Source: Octopus sinensis
Lineage: Eukaryota
DNA: 64,000 bases
Direction: 5' to 3'
NCBI RefSeq assembly: GCF_006345805.1
Contig: NC_043009.1
Coordinates: forward strand, 58,218,001-58,282,000
Both the position numbers and the translations under genes were made by a program. The notes beneath the pieces are model-generated. The model was not told the DNA's origin. It ran no database searches and saw only the letters and a list, made by a program, of their open reading frames with translations. Positions 1-12,717 of the stretch are shown here, one piece after another (the stretch's first letter is position 1; each line of letters starts with the position of its first letter).

Positions 1-83
1 CATTGTTCGCATACCCAAATTTGTCTTCGTATTTCATGTTGTTTACGTTTTGTGACGTCCTATACACATATATACATATATGC

Positions 84-116
<33 letters not shown>

Positions 117-176
117 ATTATATATATATACACACATAGGTATGTACATATATGTATATATGCATATATATATGTT

Positions 177-333
177 TTGTGTCTGTCTTTGTTACCCCAT
201 CGCTTGACAACTGATGCTGGTGTGTTTAACTAGTGGTTCGGCAAAATTGACCGATAAAATAAGTACCAGCCTTTCAAAGAAGTCCTGGAACCCCGGCACG
301 GCCACAGTCAAATGACTGAGACAAGTAAAAGAG
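177..333 (+). mobile_element. SINE family A 3' half (second copy at 1375-1531; degenerate copy at 2517-2662)
   Basis: Matches the 3' part of full copies at 5821-6234 and 48737-49150 (cgcttgacaac.gatgctggtgtgttta...cagtcaaatgactga). Confidence 0.85.
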
Positions 334-860
334 TAAGCAGGTCGTTATACCAGAGAGATCCGCTGATATGCCCAGCCTTGGCGTGAGACAAGAAAATAAA
401 TACCTCCACCAACGTCTGCACGATATGTATTTGAAGTCCGAGTGAAACGTATATTATTGGTATCATATATCTGTAATGTGGCTAGTGTGTAATGGCCGCA
501 AGTAAACGACCATTGACTACTTAGTCTCCTAACCGACCAGACCAGCTGAGACAAGACATTCGCAACGTGATTTCAAAGAATCAAAAGAACTGATCGCATC
601 TCATTATCAAAGTTAGCTTCTGGCGAAACATATTTAAGTGGAAATAAAGCTGAAGCATCTGAACTTTCATTGTATAAAAAATTCAGATTGGTCTGGGTGT
701 ATATAAGAAAGACAATATATATATATATATTATATATTTATAGATTTGTTTTTCATGTAATCTATGTGAGTTTACTTCTGCGTATACATGTGTATATGTG
801 TGTGTGTGTAAATGTCTTTGTATACTTGTGGAGGTCATGTGCGAACTTTATTCCTTACAG

Positions 861-997
861 TAATATCAATTCTATTATTGGATGTTGTAAAAGATTTGGA
901 TAAACCTCTGTTTCGTGAAAAAGAAAGTGAAAGAAAAGAAGACAAAAAACCGGCAGATAAAATAACCGAAAAGAAAAAAAGCAAATTTGAAAAATAA
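861..997 (+). CDS. Weak candidate terminal coding exon (ISILLLDVVKDLDKPLFREKESERKEDKKPADKITEKKKSKFEK*)
   Basis: Preceded by a good acceptor (tttattccttacag). Open frame to TAA with an overlapping AATAAA. No family recognised; the K/E richness may simply reflect an A-rich tract. Confidence 0.2.
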
Positions 998-1119
998 ATG
1001 TTTATCGATAGAAAAAGTCTGCACCAGCCGAATGTTTACCATAATTTCATAATTCAATTGACAATTCTTTGGTAAATAACAGAAACATACAAACTTACAA
1101 ATATGACAAGGGAAACAGA

Positions 1120-1152
<33 letters not shown>

Positions 1153-2311
1153 TTACGCACCTACATATATCTGTTTTTCTTCGTGTATATATATATATAT
1201 ATATTTGGTTTCCATTGTGCATTTTCACTTATTTTTCTTATTTAATTAGTTACCCCTTAGATTTACACGTGTAGTTTCTTTTTCTTTTTGTAACATATTT
1301 CTATTATATATATATTTATATATATATACACACATAGGTATGTACATATATGTATATATGCATATATATATGTTTTGTGTCTGTCTTTGTTACCCCATCG
1401 CTTGACAACTGATGCTGGTGTGTTTAACTAGTGGTTCGGCAAAATTGACCGATAAAATAAGTACCAGCCTTTCAAAGAAGTCCTGGAACCCCGGCACGGC
1501 CACAGTCAAATGACTGAGACAAGTAAAAGAGTAAGCAGGTCGTTATACCAGAGAGATCCGCTGATATGCCCAGCCTTGGCGTGAGACAAGAAAATAAATA
1601 CCTCCACCAACGTCTGCACGATATGTATTTGAAGTCCGAGTGAAACGTATATTATTGGTATCATATATCTGTAATGTGGCTAGTGTGTAATGGCCGCAAG
1701 TAAACGACCATTGACTACTTAGTCTCCTAACCGACCAGACCAGCTGAGACAAGACATTCGCAACGTGATTTCAAAGAATCAAAAGAACTGATCGCATCTC
1801 ATTATCAAAGTTAGCTTCTGGCGAAACATATTTAAGTGGAAATAAAGCTGAAGCATCTGAACTTTCATTGTATAAAAAATTCAGATTGGTCTGGGTGTAT
1901 ATAAGAAAGACAATATATATATATATATATTTATAGATTTGTTTTTCATGTAATCTATGTGAGTTTACTTCTGCGTATACATGTGTATATGTGTGTGTGT
2001 GTAAATGTCTTTGTATACTTGTGGAGGTCATGTGCGAACTTTATTCCTTACAGTATATCAATTCTATTATTGGATGTTGTAAAAGATTTGGATAAACCTC
2101 TGTTTCGTGAAAAAGAAAGTGAAAGAAAAGAAGACAAAAAACCGGCAGATAAAATAACCGAAAAGAAAAAAAGCAAATTTGAAAAATAAATGTTTATCGA
2201 TAGAAAAAGTCTGCACCAGCCGAATGTTTACCATAATTTCATAATTCAATTGACAATTCTTTGGTAAATAACAGAAACATACAAACTTACAAATATGACA
2301 AGGGAAACAGA

Positions 2312-2344
<33 letters not shown>

Positions 2345-3715
2345 TTACGCACCTACATATATCTGTTTTTCTTCGTGTATATATATATATATATATTTGG
2401 TTTCCATTGTGCATTTTCACTTATTTTTCTTATTTAATTAGTTACCCCTTAGATTTACACGTGTAGTTTCTTTTTCTTTTTGTAACATATTTCTATTATA
2501 TATATATTTATATATATGTCCGTGAAACATAGCGGTTCGGCTTAGGAGAACGATGGAATAAGTATTATACTTACAAATAATAAATTGAGTGTCGATTTCT
2601 CTTCGACCAGAGGCGGTGACCCGGCACGGCTGTAATCAAACGACTTAAACGTGTAAAAGAGAATATATATATATATATATATATATTAGATAGATAGATA
2701 GATAAATGGATTGATAGATAGAAAAATACACTTCTTTGCTCGTATGAATATTTTTTAATGCCAATAATTACCATTCGAATAGTATTTGATTCCCCAAGAG
2801 CAGAGGACAGAGCGGATACCTGAAAAAGTTTGGATAAACAAATACAGTGATGTTTAATCGGCATCTTGAGTTAGGCAATGAGTGAACTGAGACGGTTTAT
2901 GTTTTATCCACGTAATTTTTTTCTTAATCCCGACGCCAAGTTTTTCTCACCTTGTGCATTTATTGGAACGATTTATTAGTTTTAAAGGGCAGTGGATTAA
3001 AAGAATATTTAGAGAGTTAGAAGATATCCATCCTTTGTGGTACTTTTATCTGGATCTGTTCGTTCTGTGGTCAACGTTACATTTTGATCTTCCTGGAGGG
3101 ATCGCCAATATACAGCAATGCTAGTGGATTACTGGTGTCACTATTACCGACCACATTACTAGCAAATTACGTTCTATCATCTTATAAAGGAAAGAATAAG
3201 CTTCTACATTATATTGTCTTAAATACACTGTCAGTAACTTAGACCATCACCATCGCCACAGTAACAAGATTAGCAGCAAATATAACAAGAACAGACCAAC
3301 CATGGAACCTTTACTCATTCTCTCAATGTGCTAATGATATGAGCCAAAAGTCCCTTATATCAAAATCTATCACCTTAATAAAGTATGCATTGAATTTAGA
3401 TATCATTTATGCAAAAAAATCGAAGGTAAGTCGTTGATTGAATGCTAATTTGATTATGTGACGTGGTTTAGAGTTGAACCGAAGTGAAACAACGACGATA
3501 AGGCATTTTAATTAACAATAATCTCTTGGAAATAATATTTCACGTAACGACACCCACTGTAATAATGATTATAACTTTTTCAAAATTCATATTTCACATT
3601 CCGTTACTAATATCAAACATACATACAAAAAAAAAAGAAAGAACCAAAGAACATTGAATTAAAATCGCTCAACCATATCGCATTGTAGTAGGCTAGTTTC
3701 AAAAGCATGACGAAC

Positions 3716-4085
3716 AGGCAAGCTGGCAGAAACGTTACCACGCCGGGTGAAATGCTTAGGGGTATTTCGTCTGCAGTTACGTTCTGAGTTCAAATTCCGC
3801 AGGGGTCGAGTTTGCCTTTCATCCTTTCGGGGTCGATTAAATAAGTACCAGTTACGTACTGTGGTTGATATAATCGACTTAATCCGTTTGTCTGTCCTTG
3901 TTTGCCCTCTCTGTGTTTAGCCCCTTGTGGGTAGTAAAGAAATGGGTATTTCGTATTTGTTTACGTTCTGAGTTCAAATTCTGCCGAGGTCGAATTAAGT
4001 ACCAGTTGAGTACTGTGGTCCTGAGGACAATCTAATCGACTGCCCCTCCCCCAAGATTTCGGGCCTTGTGACTAGAGAAGAAAAG
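3716..4085 (+). mobile_element. SINE family B, dimeric form
   Basis: gctggcagaaacgtt...gagttcaaattcc (B-box-like)...cctttcatcctttcggggtcgat unit followed by a 5'-truncated second unit. Same architecture as at 26939 and 37128. Confidence 0.9.
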
Positions 4086-4467
4086 AAAGTGAATGTAAGT
4101 CAAAATGCAAATTATTCATCAAAGCCTTTTCTATTTACAATTAATTTCCCTTAAGAAATAACTGAAGGGTCATACACAAACGTTGATTATGACCTTTGCA
4201 GCAAACATTCATTTTGAATAAATATTTTATTGGGTTTATATTGACCGATAATATTTATATGCAAGCATTCCTTTATCGATTACTGATTATCGAATTGTTG
4301 CGTTAGATATTTATGTAAACGGTTGCAATTCGACTAAGGTTTGCGCCAGGAAACGTAATTACAGATGCACTCACAAATGCATGTAGTCTATATGTATGCA
4401 TATGTATGTGCGTGTGCATATATATGTATGTATATAAGTATGTACATATACATATATGTGTATGTAT

Positions 4468-4513
<46 letters not shown>

Positions 4514-4769
4514 CTGTGAATGTACCTATGTGAATGCTCACACATGCACACTAATATACTTACACATATATGCATATTTATACATATATACATATACATG
4601 CGTATAAAACGTATTTTTCCATGATCCATATCTCATTTACACACACACACGTGTATATATATGTTTTATGTGTGTATATATATATATACATACATATATA
4701 TATATATGTGTGTGTGTGTATTATATATATATATATGTATATACATAACATATATGTATATATAAATGA

Positions 4770-4809
<40 letters not shown>

Positions 4810-4954
4810 ATAATTTGCAAACATCTTTGTGGCTGTTGTTGCGTTCAGATCCTCAGCGGAGATGCAGATTTGTGGACATCAAGGAAAAAAATTCTCATTC
4901 AGTCGTATATCACCGTAGGGACGAGCTCCCAGTATCTTTAAGACCCCAGACAAT

Positions 4955-5110
4955 CTGCTTAGCATCATTTCGTCCGTCTTTACATTACATTCTGATTTTA
5001 AACTCCGTCACAGTCGATTTACCTTTCGTCGTTTCAAAGTCAAGGAAGTAAGTACCAGATTAGCACTGGTATCAAAGTTATCGTTTGCCGTCCACCTCAC
5101 AAATTTATTG
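4955..5110 (+). mobile_element. Degenerate SINE family B fragment
   Basis: gcttagcatcatttcgtccgtcttt...gtcgatttacctttc...aagtaccag, similar to family B. Confidence 0.65.
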
Positions 5111-5820
5111 CCTTTTTGGCTATTTTGCAATTAATATTGTTATTAGTTTTATTATTAGTTTTATTTTGGAGAATGAGATGTCTTTTCTAGAGTAAATAGC
5201 TAATGATTTCTTTAAATTTCAATCATGCGAAAGAAGACATTTTGCACAATTCCAAACTATGTTATTATGAAGTAATTTCAATCTGATTTTTCAATTTTCA
5301 ACAAACAAAATTAAAGGGAAATAATATATTTTATGTTTATTATTGATATTTCGTTTGCAAAACTTCGATGCATTTCTCTTATGACGTCGTAATAAGACAA
5401 TTTCTGTAGTAAATGCGTGAGACATTCTTTACTTTTGTGTTTATATCTTCAATGCTTCAGCAGACACCAACATCGGATTTATAGACGGCTTTGTCTATAA
5501 TCAGTATTGCATTGAGATATTTCACCAACTGTAGGATAGCTAAGCATAGACATATATCCACACGCAAACACATACCGACATATATAACCAGCTGCATATA
5601 TTAATACATACACAAGCGCATCCTTGTAACAGCGTATATCGATCATTGCTGCACTCACGTTGTGGGCCTACCCGTAGATTGATGTAGGGAAACATGTTAG
5701 CTTCAAAAGAGTAGGTTAGCTAGTTTGTTTGCTTTTGAAAACATTTTCTGTTAGGATGTCCCTACATAAAATAAATATATATTGTGATGCTGAGAACAGA
5801 ACTGTGTCGGTCCTACATAC

Positions 5821-6028
5821 TCTTTTACTCTTTTACTTGTTTCAGTCATTTGGCTGCGGCCATGCTGGAGCACCGCCTTTAGTCGAGCAAATCGACCCCG
5901 GGACTTATTCTTTGTAAGCTCAGTACTTATTCTATCGGTCTCTTTTGCCGAACCGCTAAGTGACGGAGACGTAAACACACCAGCATCGGTTGTCAAGCAA
6001 TGCTAGGGAGACAAACACAGAAGCACAA

Positions 6029-6063
<35 letters not shown>

Positions 6064-6234
6064 CATATATACGACAGTCTTCTTTCAGTTTCCGTCTACC
6101 AAATCCACTCACAAGGCATTGATCGTCCCGGGGCTATAGCAGAAGACACTTGCCCAAGATGCCACGCAGTGGGTCTGAACCCGGAACCATGTGGTTGGTT
6201 AGCAAGCTACTTACCACACAGCCACTCCTGCGCC
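5821..6234 (-). mobile_element. SINE family A, full-length young copy (tRNA head + CORE-like + internal TA/TG SSR + CR1-type tail)
   Basis: The reverse complement matches 48737-49150 end to end: head ggcgcaggagtggctgtgtggtaag, CORE-like catcttgggcaagtgtc and tail ggcggtgctccagcatggccgcag. Confidence 0.92.
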
Positions 6235-6963
6235 TATATGTATGTGGTATCCAGCAAATCGCATAACTGCTTCTTCCGAACGTTATCAGAGCTACATGGT
6301 TCCCTATAAAGGCAAATAAAAAAAAGAACTTCAAGACACAACCTCACACTTTGGTTTAACGGGTGGTTCATTGTTGACAGCCTGCATAGGCTCAGGAGGA
6401 AGTCAACAGCTCCGGGATAGAACGATATTTGCTCAGATACCGTGAGAGGAAAATAGCTTGTCAATTCGGTAGAGGCTGCTACATTCATTTGTATAATATT
6501 ATTGCAAGCAGCATATGATCACCGAAGCAAAGTTCATTCACCTATATGAAACCAATATTTCAATATACCTTGAGTTACAAGTTTATCCATGAAAAATTAT
6601 TGACAAGATCGTCAGAACATGAATGTAAAATATCCACAACTAAAGACACATGGTTTATAGAGTAACGGAAATATTCGAAGTCAGTCCGGTGAACTCTCGA
6701 GTCTGTACACACCAGCTGCAACATGCTGGTTGGTGTCATAACATGGAATCAAGGGGTACAGACTGTGTCACGTAACCGTATAGACTCTTAGCTAGGCCCT
6801 TTCAGTGCTGAAAGCCGGGGGTTCCAATCAGAAACTAACAAATCCCTTTCTTCCCATGTACTCGTTATGAAAATCATATTCACGTGGTAATGTTTTAGAA
6901 GAAATGTATTCTGTTGCATTTGTTATACAGGACAACAACGGATAAAGTCTAATTGCACACCTG

Positions 6964-6994
<31 letters not shown>

Positions 6995-7007
6995 ATGTAA
7001 CTCTTTA

Positions 7008-7288
7008 ACTAGAATCAGCTAGAGAGTTGTGGCCATGCTGGGATACCGACATCAGCTTTCGTACAACTTCGTGCCTTGAAACCTCCTCTGATATGTGGCA
7101 TTTGGTAAATGAGGAACTTTGATATTGCTACTCTATCTATCTTGCCTGCTGCGAGGTAGGCTCATCTGGAACTCTTTACACGAGTAGAACCATATTTGTT
7201 TTGAAGGCATCTACAGCCAACTATGCACGTCTCTCATACACTTTGGGAGAATACTGAGGAATTCAGATGTGGGCCAGTGAGAGCCAAG
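7008..7288 (-). mobile_element. CR1/L2-type LINE 3' end relic
   Basis: Minus-strand translation with frameshifts gives pieces GPHL, ILPKCMRDVH, VDAFKT and RVPDEPTSQQ, homologous to the ORF at 40720-40953. Ends in the cccagcatggccac tail. Confidence 0.75.
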
Positions 7289-7289
7289 A

Positions 7290-8545
7290 GTCAGAGGTTG
7301 GCCAAGTTGCCCTCATGTAAGCAAATGAAATATATTTTTGAAATGGCCCCCAGCCCTCGCAATCCACACACATCTTCCATTGGTGTTGCAGTGCTTGGAT
7401 TCCAGTAGTGAAAAAGGTCTCATCCCGTTAGTCAGAAATATTCGCGATAGGAGATATGACATCACGATCACTATACTACTGGTTACCAACCAAGTATTTT
7501 TTTTATGTTGAGGAACAGATGATAGTCATATGGGTCCAAATCAGGAGAATAGCGATGATGATCCACCAGTTCAAAGCCACAGTCACGCACAGAAGCCTTT
7601 GGAACCAAGTATTTGTGCGCTGGAGAATTGTCCTGATTAAACAAGAACACTTTCGCCATCTTCCAGGGTGTTTCGTCTTGAGAGCCTTTTGTATGAAACT
7701 CAGCAAGATGGCATAGCACTCGCCGATGCTGATGTAGCCCTATGGAATATAATCAATAAACACGAAGCCCTTTTCATCCCCCCCCCAAAAAAAAACGAGG
7801 TTGTCTTCCTCCCTGCAGATGAAACGATCTTGGCCTCCTTTGAAGCAGGCGAGGAAAAGAATTTCCACTGCATGGATTGTCTGCTTGTCTCTGGCTGAAA
7901 GTGATGAACACAACACTCATCCTAGGTTGGGAAACTTGCAGAAAATAAGACAGATCTGCTTCAAAGATTATCAGATTTTCCCGTCATAGTGTGATCAACC
8001 TGTTGCACTCTTGACCAGATGTCAGAAGACGCTGGTATCTCCCAAGCAGAAAACTTCATCATGCCACGTTCATTGTGTAGATTATTGTCATCTCTCTCGC
8101 GGGATATGTTAATAGCATTGGCTATTTGGTTCATAATCAATCACCTATCAACCATCGCAATATGGTGAACACGATTAATATTTCCCACCAAGGTGTTAGT
8201 TGCTGGACGTCCAGAAGCAGGGTCATATTCACGACTGTTGAAGCTGGATCGTTATCTCCTAATGAAGCAACTATGTGAACATGGATGTTCCTCGGGGTTA
8301 AAGCATTTCTTCTGTAGAAACTTAATAATACCATGATGCCAAACTTTGTCTCCTTTGAAGAAAAGTTACTACAAGCTACTACTGAAGTCTTTCAAATGCC
8401 AGAAATCAATTTCTCTAGAAAAATAAGAAAAAAAAACACAATACCAGTATTAATAAGTGTTGAGTTTAATGCATTCAAGATTTCATAGGCCTAGCATCAC
8501 TCCTTCATAGTGAGCCTATGAACGTTTCAGTACCTCTTTGTGTAT
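7290..8545 (-). mobile_element. Near full-length mariner (DD34D-type) transposon, transposase pseudogene
   Basis: Minus-strand motifs in order: N-terminal LTPRNIHVHIVASLGD; DECCVHHFQPETSRQSMQWK; QDNSPAH; YSPDLDPYDYHLF; TTGIQALQHQWKMCVD. TIR-like end gaacgtttcagtacctc near 8520-8545. Many stops and frameshifts. Confidence 0.93.
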
Positions 8546-8549
8546 ATGC

Positions 8550-8586
<37 letters not shown>

Positions 8587-8663
8587 GTGTGTGTGTGTGT
8601 TGTGTGTGTGTTTGTTGCCTATGATGCAGGAAACATTCGCATCATAGGCAACATGTTAAGCAA

Positions 8664-8960
8664 ATACACGAAGGGGCTGAAAAGTTTGAGGCTTCAGTTA
8701 AAGAGGCGATGATTGAGAAGGAGGTCTTATTGCAATGATGCGGACCATCCGCTGTAAAAGCTTCATGATATTCTAGAAAACCTGTGAATATAAAATAAAG
8801 AAGATTATAGGGGTGAAGAAACACGATGTCGTTCTAACAAACCGATGTCTGTTTACTTTATTGCTACTGGGAGAGGAGTACAACAGTCAACACATTTCCT
8901 TCAATGGTGAAATCTACAGGTGTCTTGGAGTTGAATTCAGAGATCTTAGCCATACTCACT
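8664..8960. mobile_element. Possible mariner-derived non-autonomous fragment
   Basis: Begins tacacgaaggggctgaaaagttt, resembling mariner TIR starts seen elsewhere in the window. No matching right end found. Confidence 0.35.
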
Positions 8961-9107
8961 GTTTCATCTTGGGATTTTCGAGGTGAATGGCCCAAACTGG
9001 AAAGAGAGCCAGGAGGTAATCTGTGAAACAACAACATCATTAAGATATCCTAACAACACTTTTATCGTTAGCTGTTTACCCTCCTCGCCTTTTCTAACGA
9101 ATAGCAG

Positions 9108-9268
9108 GGAAACTCTGCTATTCAGAGCTTGTTGGTCCTCACAAAAGCATTTTCGACCCATTCGCGTCCGTCTTCCACTTGTAACTCATATTCCGTACAT
9201 ACTACCAGCTCTGGCAGTAACCATTCCGCTCAGACAATCAATTCCTCAACATCGACGCTTTGTGCCTG
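9108..9268 (+). CDS. Weak candidate internal exon (GNSAIQSLLVLTKAFSTHSRPSSTCNSYSVHTTSSGSNHSAQTINSSTSTLCA)
   Basis: Acceptor ccttttctaacgaatagcag with a ctaac branch-like motif, donor gtaagc, open Ser/Thr-rich frame. No homology recognised. Confidence 0.2.
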
Positions 9269-9564
9269 GTAAGCCTGTAACCGGCGACTTGCGTAAAATT
9301 AAGTGGAACATTAATCATAGGAATAATGCTGACTAGACCAGAAAATAAGCAATAAAATTAATAATTGAATATGGTAAAAACTTGGCACGATGGTGTTTTC
9401 CTTGACGGACCATTTTATTGACTATATTCTCATTCCCATTTGCAGAGGAACTCTGACCCACACTCATATATACAAAAGCATTCACACACATATTTACTTA
9501 TATGCAAATAAATATATAGATCTCTCTGTCTCTGTCTCTCTCTCTCTTTCTCTCTCTCTCTATG

Positions 9565-9614
<50 letters not shown>

Positions 9615-9840
9615 TACCAACGAGAAATGAAATACCAACGAGAAATGAAATGGTTTACTCGTGAAGACAATGCATTGATCGGTCCAGGAATCGAAACTGC
9701 AAAGTTACAATCTAGAATATAACAACCCTAACGACTAAATCACGTAGTGCACCACACGCATAGTCACACATACATGTATATTAATATATATATATACATA
9801 CACACATATATATATATATCGCTATCTCTCTCTCTCTCTC

Positions 9841-9916
<76 letters not shown>

Positions 9917-9945
9917 GTATATATATATATATATGTATATATACC

Positions 9946-9991
<46 letters not shown>

Positions 9992-9992
<1 letters not shown>

Positions 9993-10111
9993 GCGCAGGC
10001 GTGCCTCGGTGGTAAGAAGCTTATCCGAACCACATGCTTCCAGATTCAGTCCCACTCTGTGGCATCTTGGGCAAGTGTCGTCTACCATAGCCTTGTGAGT
10101 GGAAGCCCGTC

Positions 10112-10162
<51 letters not shown>

Positions 10163-10378
10163 AACATGTATATATGTATGTATGTGTGCTTCTGTGTTTG
10201 TACCCCCCACCATCGCTTGACTGCCGATGTTGGTGTATTTACGTTTCTGTAACTTAGCGGTTCGCTAAAAGACTCCGATAGAATAAGTACTAAGCTCACA
10301 CAATAAATGGTGGGGTCGATTTGTTCGATTAAAGGCGGTACATAGGCGCAGTCATATGACTGAAACTTGTAAAAGAAT
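9992..10378 (+). mobile_element. SINE family A with expanded internal (TA)n
   Basis: Head aggcgcaggcgtg..ggtggtaagaagc, CORE-like cttgggcaagtgtc, tail cagtcatatgactgaaac. Confidence 0.88.
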
Positions 10379-11177
10379 ATTTGTGTGTGTGCTTGTGTGT
10401 GTGTGTGTGTACATGTTTGTGTGTGTGTGCGTTTTCTGCGGTTATTTGGTAAACGGTGCCGAATTTTACTCTTCTGTAAATAATAGTAATGATATTTTTC
10501 CAGAAGCCTATAAGCGATCATCGTGCGTTGACTAAGACAAGTATTCTAATATTGGGACATAGACGCCCTCAACGGAAAAAAACTAGGGTTGAAAATTATA
10601 GTTCTTAAATCTGTGTATATTAGTGTGAATGGTAGCACACTTGTCGCGAATACTTTGCGATGTGGTTTTGAATTCCATGCATTCTGCAAGTCCTACATTT
10701 TTTTTCCCTTCGAGAGCTTATATGTCCCGATATTAGACTATTGTTATTACTGGTATTTTATATATGTAAAGCATAATCTGTTATACATGTATGTATACTA
10801 TTGTAATAGTTTTTTCGAAAATTATATAGACATACTATAATGTCTAAAAGTTGATGAATACCACATCTTTATTCCCCTCCATTTTCTTATTGCCGTATAA
10901 CTTACGGATAAAACAACTTTTTACCCTCGGCCAATTATTACATTCAATAATGTAATTGCCATGCAATAAAAACAATTGTGTATTAATAATTGGGCATTCT
11001 AACAGCAGAATATTGGATAGATATTATCCCTTAGTTGGATGGATTCACAATATCTAACTCTCCTATTTCTCCATTTTCTTATTTTGTATTAGTAATTTGT
11101 GGTAAATCATTTTACCTTTGCCCATATAATACAGTAAATGAATTGATTGCATCGCAATCATTAACATTTATGTATTA

Positions 11178-11342
11178 CTTTGTTGGGTACTTCACTAGAA
11201 GTATATTGGATATACGTTATCCCTATCTCAATTTGTATGTTATCCCTATCTCAATTTGTATATATATATATATATATATATATACAAATTGAGATAGGGA
11301 TAACGTATATCCAATATACTGCTAGTGAAGTACCCAACAAAG
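11178..11342. repeat. Long palindrome: 61-bp arms around a (TA)n loop
   Basis: 11178-11238 is the reverse complement of 11282-11342 with one mismatch. The loop includes a 23-bp direct duplication of the arm end. Confidence 0.97.
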
Positions 11343-11604
11343 TTAGGGCAGCGGACTAGCGGTCGTAGAATCGTGGTTTCGATTACCAGACCGGGCGTTG
11401 TGAGTGTTTATTGAGCGAAAACACCTAAAAGCTCCACAAGGCTCCGACAGGGGGGGGTGATCCTTGCTATACTCTTTCTTCTATTGGTCTGCTCGCTTAG
11501 CCAGTGGGGTAGCGTCATTCGAAAACTAAAACAATGCGAACGCATTGTGACCAGCGATGTGTAACAACATCTGATGGTCTGGTCGGTCACGTGATCACGT
11601 GATG
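11343..11604 (+). mobile_element. SINE family C (5'-truncated, tail type 1)
   Basis: gcagcggact.gcggtcgtag..tcgtggtttcgatt.ccagaccgggcg head; tail ggtcggtcacgtgatcacg, as in 17638-17948. Confidence 0.88.
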
Positions 11605-12717
11605 TATATATGTATGTTTGTTTGTATGTACGTATGTATGTACTGCCACAACTCCTTACGATCTCCAGTCTACAAAGTAGCTTTAATCAGGACAAAATTG
11701 TTTGAATGGAGGCATATTAAATTTAGAAGAAGATGTCTCTCTTGGAAAGTTAGCTTTCATGTAGTAGATGAATGTATTTACCATAGATTCGTAACAGACA
11801 AGTCTGTAATGCATTGCACTGCAGGAAGCCACTCAGCGTCCGTTTCTTGTATTGTTCTCTTTGTTGTATTAAATATTTCAGTTATTGATTTGCGGACACC
11901 CTAGGGCACTGGTCTAAAAGCTTTGCAACAATGTTTGTGTGTGTGTGTGTGTGGGTGGGATGCGTGCGTGTGTGTGCGTGTGTGTCAACACTTAATAGTC
12001 GGAGTTGATTTGTTTACATCACCGTGAATTAGTGGTTCCGCAAAAACTTAGCCAATGCAATAGGTAACGAAACGAAATATTTATTTATTTAATTTTCGGT
12101 ACACGTTCTGTTGAATCACTTATCGCCGGACATCTAAGTTACGGTGATGTAAGCAAACTTGCTCCTGTTCTGTAGAGGTAAGAAAGCCCACGCTCACACA
12201 CACACACACACACACATACACACACACACGTAACACATACACATACACAAACGCATAACACATACACATACACACATATGCGCATGCACACATACATATA
12301 CACCTGCGAGCACGCACACGCACATACACACATGCACATACACAAACGTATACGTGCGCACACACAAACATAGGCACACACACAGCACACACAGACAGAG
12401 ATTTCTTCGCAAAATAAGGTGGAATACAACCACCACCACCACCACCACCGACGCACCTATTGTAAGATCATTGTCCAGGGTGCAAACGATGCTGTTGCTC
12501 ATTCCTCTGCACGGCTACACATTTGAGTCGAATTCTTCCTACTCCCTGCACATTAACCTCGGGATTATTCACGTCCTCTGAAATAAAATTCGACACTTAT
12601 TTTCAATTTTGCTAGGTACCTCTTTGCACTCTGGAAACAGAGACGGCCTTATCTCCCTCTCAAGCAGACTTAGACCTCATTCCAGCTGGAGCATTACCCA
12701 CTATAATGCTGCGATGT

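Larger units (their letters stand above)
110..2517. repeat. Head-to-tail tandem duplication, unit about 1.2 kb (approx. 110-1310 and 1310-2517)
   Basis: Identical ORFs 345-554/1543-1752 (offset 1198) and 875-1228/2067-2420 (offset 1192). The differences I found are a 5-nt (TA)n length change and a 1-nt deletion near 2055. Junctions lie in (TA)n tracts. Confidence 0.97.

Noticed and set aside
345-690. Minus-strand frame of about 115 codons with a single stop, in the duplicated unit
   Set aside because: No recognisable domain or splice support; compatible with chance.
9085-9230. Minus-strand FN3-like string LVVCTEYELQV
   Set aside because: It is bounded by in-frame stops within about 35 codons and has no usable splice sites.
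12452-12580. Minus-strand exon-like segment (MSNSIVCTLDNDLTI / VGRIRLKCV)
   Set aside because: Splice-like sites exist, but no recognisable protein and no compatible neighbouring exon were found.
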